Positions 59,152-64,000 of a stretch of 64,000 nucleotides of DNA are shown piece by piece. The stretch is taken from the NCBI GenBank assembly GCA_963810615.1, contig CAWEOA010000007.1, positions 585,396-649,395 of the forward strand, in the 5' to 3' direction. The notes beneath the pieces are model-generated. The model saw nothing but the letters and a program-made list of their open reading frames with translations, ran no database searches and was not told the DNA's origin. Both the position numbers and the translations under genes were made by a program. The stretch's first letter is position 1, and each line of letters begins with the position of its first letter. The DNA is from an uncultured Gammaproteobacteria bacterium. GTDB taxonomy: Bacteria; Pseudomonadota; Gammaproteobacteria; DRLM01.

Positions 59152-60141
59152 CTATACCAGCAGGCGCTGGATCGCGATAAGCGAACCCACACTGATCACC
59201 GCCCACAACAGCATACCCAGAACCATCGGCCGCAGGCCCACGGCGCGCAAGCTGTCTCGAGAAAGCCCGGCACCGATCATAAACAGGGTCAGGGTCAACC
59301 CCCGCTCCGCCACGGCGGTGATCGCGGGAGCGACGTTTGCAACCGCCGGCACCAGGGTGCGCGCCAGCGACGCCAGCAGGAACAGAAAGATGAACCAGGG
59401 AACGGCGATTCGGGTGGTGCTGGCATCCGTGTTACCGGCACGGCGGCGGTGAAGCAACGATACCAATAAAGCCACGGGCACTATCCATAGAGCACGTGAG
59501 AGCTTCACGGCGGTGGCCACCTGCAGGGCATGATGACCATAGGCAGCCGCCGCGCCCACCACGGAGGAGATATCGTGGATGGCAACCCCCGCCCAGGTAC
59601 CGAACTGGTCCTGACTAAGACCCAAATAATGCCCCACTACCGGGAATACATAGAGCGCCACCGCATTGAGCAGGAACACCGTGCCCAGTGCCGCCGACAT
59701 CTCAGCCTCGCCGGCCACTATCACCGAGCCCACTGCGGCGATGGCCGAGCCTCCGCAAATCGCCGTCCCGACGGTCACCAGCATGGCGGTAACGGGCCGG
59801 ATATTCAGCCGCCGCCCCAGCACATAACCCAGCCCCCAGGTGACGGCTATGCTCACCGCCGCGAACCAGAATCCATGCAGGCCGGCATGGGTAACGGCGT
59901 GCAAATCCATGCTGAAACCCAGGGCCACTACCGAGATTTGCAACAATTGTTGAGCCGTGATCCTCGTCAGCCTGGCGTGGGGATTACCCACCAGCAATGC
60001 CAACGCCAAACCTGCCGCCAGTGCTTGCGGCGGTGACACACCGCCCCACAGGCAGACCAATCCTCCGGCCAGCAGCAATGCCCGAGCAAGCATTTGCGGC
60101 GCTGCCACGCGAATCTGATCACTCCGGCTTTGGCTTTCCAT
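59152..60141 (-). CDS. yeiH: YeiH/UPF0324-family putative sulfate exporter membrane protein
   Basis: 329 aa and ~10 TM. It is divergent from a LysR regulator, matching the yeiE-yeiH arrangement. Confidence 0.75.
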   Translation of the reverse strand: MESQSRSDQIRVAAPQMLARALLLAGGLVCLWGGVSPPQALAAGLALALLVGNPHARLTRITAQQLLQISVVALGFSMDLHAVTHAGLHGFWFAAVSIAVTWGLGYVLGRRLNIRPVTAMLVTVGTAICGGSAIAAVGSVIVAGEAEMSAALGTVFLLNAVALYVFPVVGHYLGLSQDQFGTWAGVAIHDISSVVGAAAAYGHHALQVATAVKLSRALWIVPVALLVSLLHRRRAGNTDASTTRIAVPWFIFLFLLASLARTLVPAVANVAPAITAVAERGLTLTLFMIGAGLSRDSLRAVGLRPMVLGMLLWAVISVGSLIAIQRLLV

Positions 60142-60240
60142 GCTGCGAACCTCAACGTAAAAGAGGGATTCAGCTTAGGCACTTCCTGATAATTAAAAAA
60201 ATACATATACTTTATGTAATCCATAACCAAGAGTTATGAG

Positions 60241-61140
60241 TTGAATCTAAATCATTTAGCTATTTTCCAGGCGGTCGCCGAGGCCGGAAGCATCGGCGGT
60301 GGTGCGGCACGCCTGCATATCAGTCAGCCGGCGGTGTCCAAACAGCTCAAAGATTTCGAATCCGTCTTGGGGCTTCCCCTTTTCGATAGGCTACCCAAGG
60401 GGGTACGGCTGACCGCTGCGGGAGAGCAATTACTGGTCTACGCCCGGCGCATCAGCGCCACGGAAAACGCAGCGGAGCAGGCGCTGGTGGAAATACGCGA
60501 CCTGCATGCCGGTAAACTCGCTATCGGCGCCAGTACCACTATTGGCAATTACCTGCTGCCCGCCCTGCTCGCGGAATACCGGCGGACCCGGACGGGTATC
60601 GAAATCGTGCTGGAAATCGCCAATACCGAGCTCATCCAGCGCAAATTGCTGGACAACGCCCTCGACCTCGGCCTGACCGAGGGTTTTGTGGACAGCACTG
60701 AACTGCACGCAGAGGTATTCGCCATGGATCAGATAGTGGTGATTGCCGCACCCGATCATCCCCTGGCCAAGCGTACCGACCTCACGCTACAGCAGCTTTG
60801 CCATGAACCTTGCGTACTGCGGGAGCCGGGCTCCGGTACCCGTTCGGTAATCGAGCACATGCTCACGCAACGGGGCCTGCAGCACGCAGCCGCCATGTCA
60901 CTAGGCAGCACCGAGGCGATTAAGCGGGCGGTGGCCGCCGGCGCCGGTATCTCCCTGGTATCCAGATTGGCGGTGAGCAGCGAGCTGGCAGCCAAAACCC
61001 TGGTGCTACTACCGGTTGAAGACTTACAGCTCGAACGCCCACTGCATAAGCTAAGCTTGCTCAACAAGCAGCCCAGTCGCGCGGTACAGGCCTTTACGGA
61101 ACTGCTGGCGCGTCATCTTTTGCAACGAGAATTGTCCTGA
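60241..61140 (+). CDS. LysR-family transcriptional regulator (YeiE-like)
   Basis: A TTG start. The N-terminal HTH is LNHLAIFQAVAEAGSIGGGAARLHISQPAVSKQLKDFE, followed by a C-terminal substrate-binding domain. Confidence 0.8.
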   Translation: MNLNHLAIFQAVAEAGSIGGGAARLHISQPAVSKQLKDFESVLGLPLFDRLPKGVRLTAAGEQLLVYARRISATENAAEQALVEIRDLHAGKLAIGASTTIGNYLLPALLAEYRRTRTGIEIVLEIANTELIQRKLLDNALDLGLTEGFVDSTELHAEVFAMDQIVVIAAPDHPLAKRTDLTLQQLCHEPCVLREPGSGTRSVIEHMLTQRGLQHAAAMSLGSTEAIKRAVAAGAGISLVSRLAVSSELAAKTLVLLPVEDLQLERPLHKLSLLNKQPSRAVQAFTELLARHLLQRELS

Positions 61141-61422
61141 GATCTGCAGTCCGCGCCCTCAGATGCATACGGCGAAGCTAAAACACAAGACCAGCACGAC
61201 TCACAGGTTTGCCTCAGTTTTGGATTGTTACGTCGCAAGGCAGAACAGCGGATTTAGAATGCGCAAGCCATTCCCAAGGGAAGCTATGCACCAGACACCG
61301 CGCCATGACTTGGCGACCACCCCTAGCCTTACGGCATCTCACCACAATAATTTATAATAAATAATTCTTACTAAACGATAAGATAATAAACTATTTTAAT
61401 GTGTTGACTTAATAATCTTCCA

Positions 61423-61464
61423 ACATCAACAACTACGAAAACGTAGCTCATATATATAGAACTA
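61423..61464. promoter_or_regulatory. two tandem palindromes CTACGAAAACGTAG and CTACAAAACGTAG separated by a TATATATAGA spacer
   Basis: Located in the 590-nt AT-rich leader between the LysR gene and the porin-like gene. Confidence 0.35.
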
Positions 61465-61703
61465 CAAAACGTAGCGCTCGCCACACCTATCGAAGGTACC
61501 CTCACGTTGCGTCCTTTCCATAATCATTGAGCTAATACCAGCCTGTTGCATAATAACAACACCACTCATGCATTGTAGTTTTTATTCAAAAGAATGTTGT
61601 ATTTCTGTCTAACGTGTTGTAAATTCACCCTCGATTTGAGCTCATGAGCCAAATAGGGCTATTTCAAGCGACAGTGCTTGTTTGAGATATCTCGTAAGGA
61701 TTA

Positions 61704-61717
61704 AATCAACGTTGATT
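61704..61717. promoter_or_regulatory. 14-bp perfect palindrome AATCAACGTTGATT abutting the RBS of the porin-like gene
   Basis: The palindrome is at 61704-61717, AAGGAG at 61718-61723 and the ATG at 61732. Confidence 0.35.
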
Positions 61718-61731
61718 AAGGAGATGAGGGT

Positions 61732-62745
61732 ATGAATAAGAAACTAATTTCGATTGCCATCGCAGCAGCCGTCGCGGCTCCGTTGGCCGCACAGGCGGGC
61801 ACTATAACGGTCCCCAATATGGACATCACCATGTCGGGTGGTATTACCGGTGATTACATCTATCAAACCGACACCAAGATGGATCAGTATGTGGTCAACG
61901 ACGCACTGCTCGACTTCGCCAGCGATGCCAAGGCCGGCGGTGTGGGCTTTAAGCTGGGCGTCGGCTCTCTGGGTGAAAACAGTTTGATGACCCCCCTGAC
62001 TGTGATCGGTGGCGCTGGGAGCGTTGACGTCAAGTACGGCTGGGTCACTGTAATGCCCACAGAGGGCCTCAAGGTCGATGCCGGACTTCTGGCTACCAAC
62101 GTCGGCTACGAGGTCTCCCCGAGCTACGCCGACGACAATATCCTCCGTGGTTTGATATGGGGTGGACAACCCACCTACTACACCGGTGCCCGCGCCACCT
62201 TTTCCATGGGCGGCATGAGTGTCTACGTCGAGGGCAGCAAACAAACCGCTAACTCCAACGGCCAAGCCATAGGCGCCAGCGCCACTATGGGTTCCGTCAA
62301 TGGATCTATCAGCTACTTTAACGATGAGGACAACAAGAGCATCGTCGATATCATCGCCAGCAGCAAGGTGGGCTCCATGACCTTGGGCGCCAATATCGAT
62401 TACCAGACCTTGGCTAAAAGCAAGAAGGTAGCCGGCATGGACGACAGTGCCTACGGCATCGCCTTATACGCCACCTTACCCATGGGTGACATGGCCAGCC
62501 TGCCGATACGTCTCGAGTACGTCAATGATGGCACCAGCAACATATACGGCTTGAGCCCGGGTGCCACGGTATCAAAATCTGCTATGTCCTTCACCATATC
62601 GCCGACCTACAACTTCACCGACGCCACTTTCGTGCGTGCGGAGTTGGCCTACGTGAACACTGACAAGAAGTCATTGCTTACGGACGATAAGGGTCTCACC
62701 GACAGCAACCTGACCGTAGGTGCGCAGGCCGGCGTCAGATTCTAA
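61732..62745 (+). CDS. outer-membrane beta-barrel (porin-like) protein
   Basis: A signal peptide (MNKKLISIAIAAAVAAPLAAQA), an amphipathic beta-strand pattern throughout, and a C-terminal aromatic residue (GVRF). It has lower GC and a long AT-rich leader. Confidence 0.6.
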   Translation: MNKKLISIAIAAAVAAPLAAQAGTITVPNMDITMSGGITGDYIYQTDTKMDQYVVNDALLDFASDAKAGGVGFKLGVGSLGENSLMTPLTVIGGAGSVDVKYGWVTVMPTEGLKVDAGLLATNVGYEVSPSYADDNILRGLIWGGQPTYYTGARATFSMGGMSVYVEGSKQTANSNGQAIGASATMGSVNGSISYFNDEDNKSIVDIIASSKVGSMTLGANIDYQTLAKSKKVAGMDDSAYGIALYATLPMGDMASLPIRLEYVNDGTSNIYGLSPGATVSKSAMSFTISPTYNFTDATFVRAELAYVNTDKKSLLTDDKGLTDSNLTVGAQAGVRF

Positions 62746-62833
62746 TCGGCTTGACGACATAAAAGTCTTTTAGGCCTGCTGACTCTCATTTATTTGGGAC
62801 GGCAAGCTAAAAAAGGCGATATTTAAACCTTAA

Positions 62834-62862
62834 ACGGGCACCTCAGGTGCCCGTTTTTTATT
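62834..62862 (+). terminator. rho-independent terminator
   Basis: ACGGGCACC-TCAG-GTGCCCGT followed by TTTTTTATT, downstream of the porin-like gene. Confidence 0.65.
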
Positions 62863-62971
62863 GGTTGGAATACGCTATCCAACCACATCGACTGGTTGAA
62901 GAGTAATTGGCCTCGCCCATAAGCTTCATTCCATTATCACCACGCAGCAAGGAAATTCCTGTGCTATCCAA

Positions 62972-64000
62972 CTAGGGCTCGGGAGGCACGCCTGCCAACG
63001 TGGCCGCTTCGACCAGATCGCGCAGGCTACGCGCTGCCAGAATGTCGACGATGGCACTATCCACCTCGCCGGCCAATTGTTCGACTGCGTCAGCTATTGT
63101 TATATCGCTAACTCCCAGAGCGAGATCGTGAAACCGTATCGCCTCTAGAATATTCACCAGTGTGATCTGCTCCAGCGGCCGGGTGAGCATCAATCCAGGC
63201 GGATCACTGGTTTCGCGCAGCACTTGTCGCAGACAAAGGGCATCGACTATATACTCGACAGCCTCCTCCGGTGCGCCCGTGCGGCGAGCCAATTCACTCC
63301 GTGTCAGCACTGGTTCACCGCGAGTAAAAGCGCTACCTACCAGCAAGCCGATCTGTAATGCGAGCGTTTCGCGCGCGCGATTTCCCAGGCGCTGCATGGT
63401 GCGATTCCGCCGCAGATGCTCCGGGTGCTGATGGTAGAATGCGACGCTGGAGCCTAGCAACAGGATCAGCCAGCCCGCGTGCAGCCAGATCATAAACAGA
63501 ATCAGGCTGGCGAATGCGGAATAGATCGCCGTGTATTTGGCGGAATTGACCACGAATGCGGCAAAGGCCCAACCCGTGGTTTGCCAGAGGATGCCGGCGA
63601 CGGCGCCTCCCAGTAATGCGGATTTCAATTTGACCCGGGTATTGGGAACGAAAATATAGATGACAGTGAAGGCGATGACGACCATAACATAGGGCATCAC
63701 GTAACCGATGGCGTCAAAGAGCATGCCGACCAACGGCGACGCACGCAGTAATTCAACTATTTTTGCGCTCTGCGCGGAGACCGTAAGACCTATGGCGGTA
63801 AACACCAATACCGGACCGATCACTATAACGCTCAAATAATCGCTGAAGCGCTGCGCGATATTGCGCGCATCACTCACCCGCCAAACGTAATTGAAGGCGT
63901 GCTCAATCTTCTGCATCAGGGAAACGACGGTATAGAACAGCAGCAGCAAACCCAATGATCCCAACACACCGGCGTTGACCTTCGAAACAAAACCAATCAC
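62972..64000 (-). CDS. YihY/BrkB (virulence factor BrkB / RNase BN-like) family membrane protein; N-terminus lies beyond the window
   Basis: The ORF is open to the window end. Multi-TM YihY family motifs are followed by a C-terminal cytoplasmic extension. Confidence 0.75.
   Translation of the reverse strand: MIGFVSKVNAGVLGSLGLLLLFYTVVSLMQKIEHAFNYVWRVSDARNIAQRFSDYLSVIVIGPVLVFTAIGLTVSAQSAKIVELLRASPLVGMLFDAIGYVMPYVMVVIAFTVIYIFVPNTRVKLKSALLGGAVAGILWQTTGWAFAAFVVNSAKYTAIYSAFASLILFMIWLHAGWLILLLGSSVAFYHQHPEHLRRNRTMQRLGNRARETLALQIGLLVGSAFTRGEPVLTRSELARRTGAPEEAVEYIVDALCLRQVLRETSDPPGLMLTRPLEQITLVNILEAIRFHDLALGVSDITIADAVEQLAGEVDSAIVDILAARSLRDLVEAATLAGVPPEP

Noticed and set aside
61163-61357. 64-aa ORF in the porin leader
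   Set aside because: No RBS, basic and hydrophilic, and inside an AT-rich regulatory region. It is probably not coding.

Overview
This is a 64 kb high-GC (~60-65%) chromosomal segment that looks gammaproteobacterial, and most of it is conserved housekeeping genes. Those blocks include exbB-exbD-msbA-lpxK-trm112, comEC/DUF2062/lolCD, trpS-scpAB-rluB, trpH-yciO-M50 peptidase, yciB-yciI-bolA-ppiC, ligA, mutL-mscL-amiB-tsaE-nnr, queG, orn, an M48 peptidase, rsgA, recR-ybaB-dnaX with an SRP RNA gene upstream, a KamA-family radical SAM gene, ggt, emrRAB, and yeiH with a LysR regulator. Two accessory clusters encode only predicted secreted or surface proteins. The first (9.6-15.1 kb) has a Sec-signal RTX beta-roll protein, an 8x tandem-repeat protein with a GlyGly-CTERM-like C-terminal anchor, a His-rich low-complexity protein and a HEAT-repeat membrane protein. 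The second (26.6-34.7 kb) is a translationally coupled operon of a double lactonase beta-propeller lipoprotein, a CARDB lipoprotein and a HEAT-repeat membrane protein, sitting divergent from an unknown cytoplasmic protein and a miniature secretin-like protein. REP-like palindromic repeat units lie at the core/accessory junctions of both clusters. I found no transposase, integrase, CRISPR array or recognisable defence-system gene. The secreted-protein clusters are the best candidates for an undescribed system, but their function cannot be established from sequence alone.
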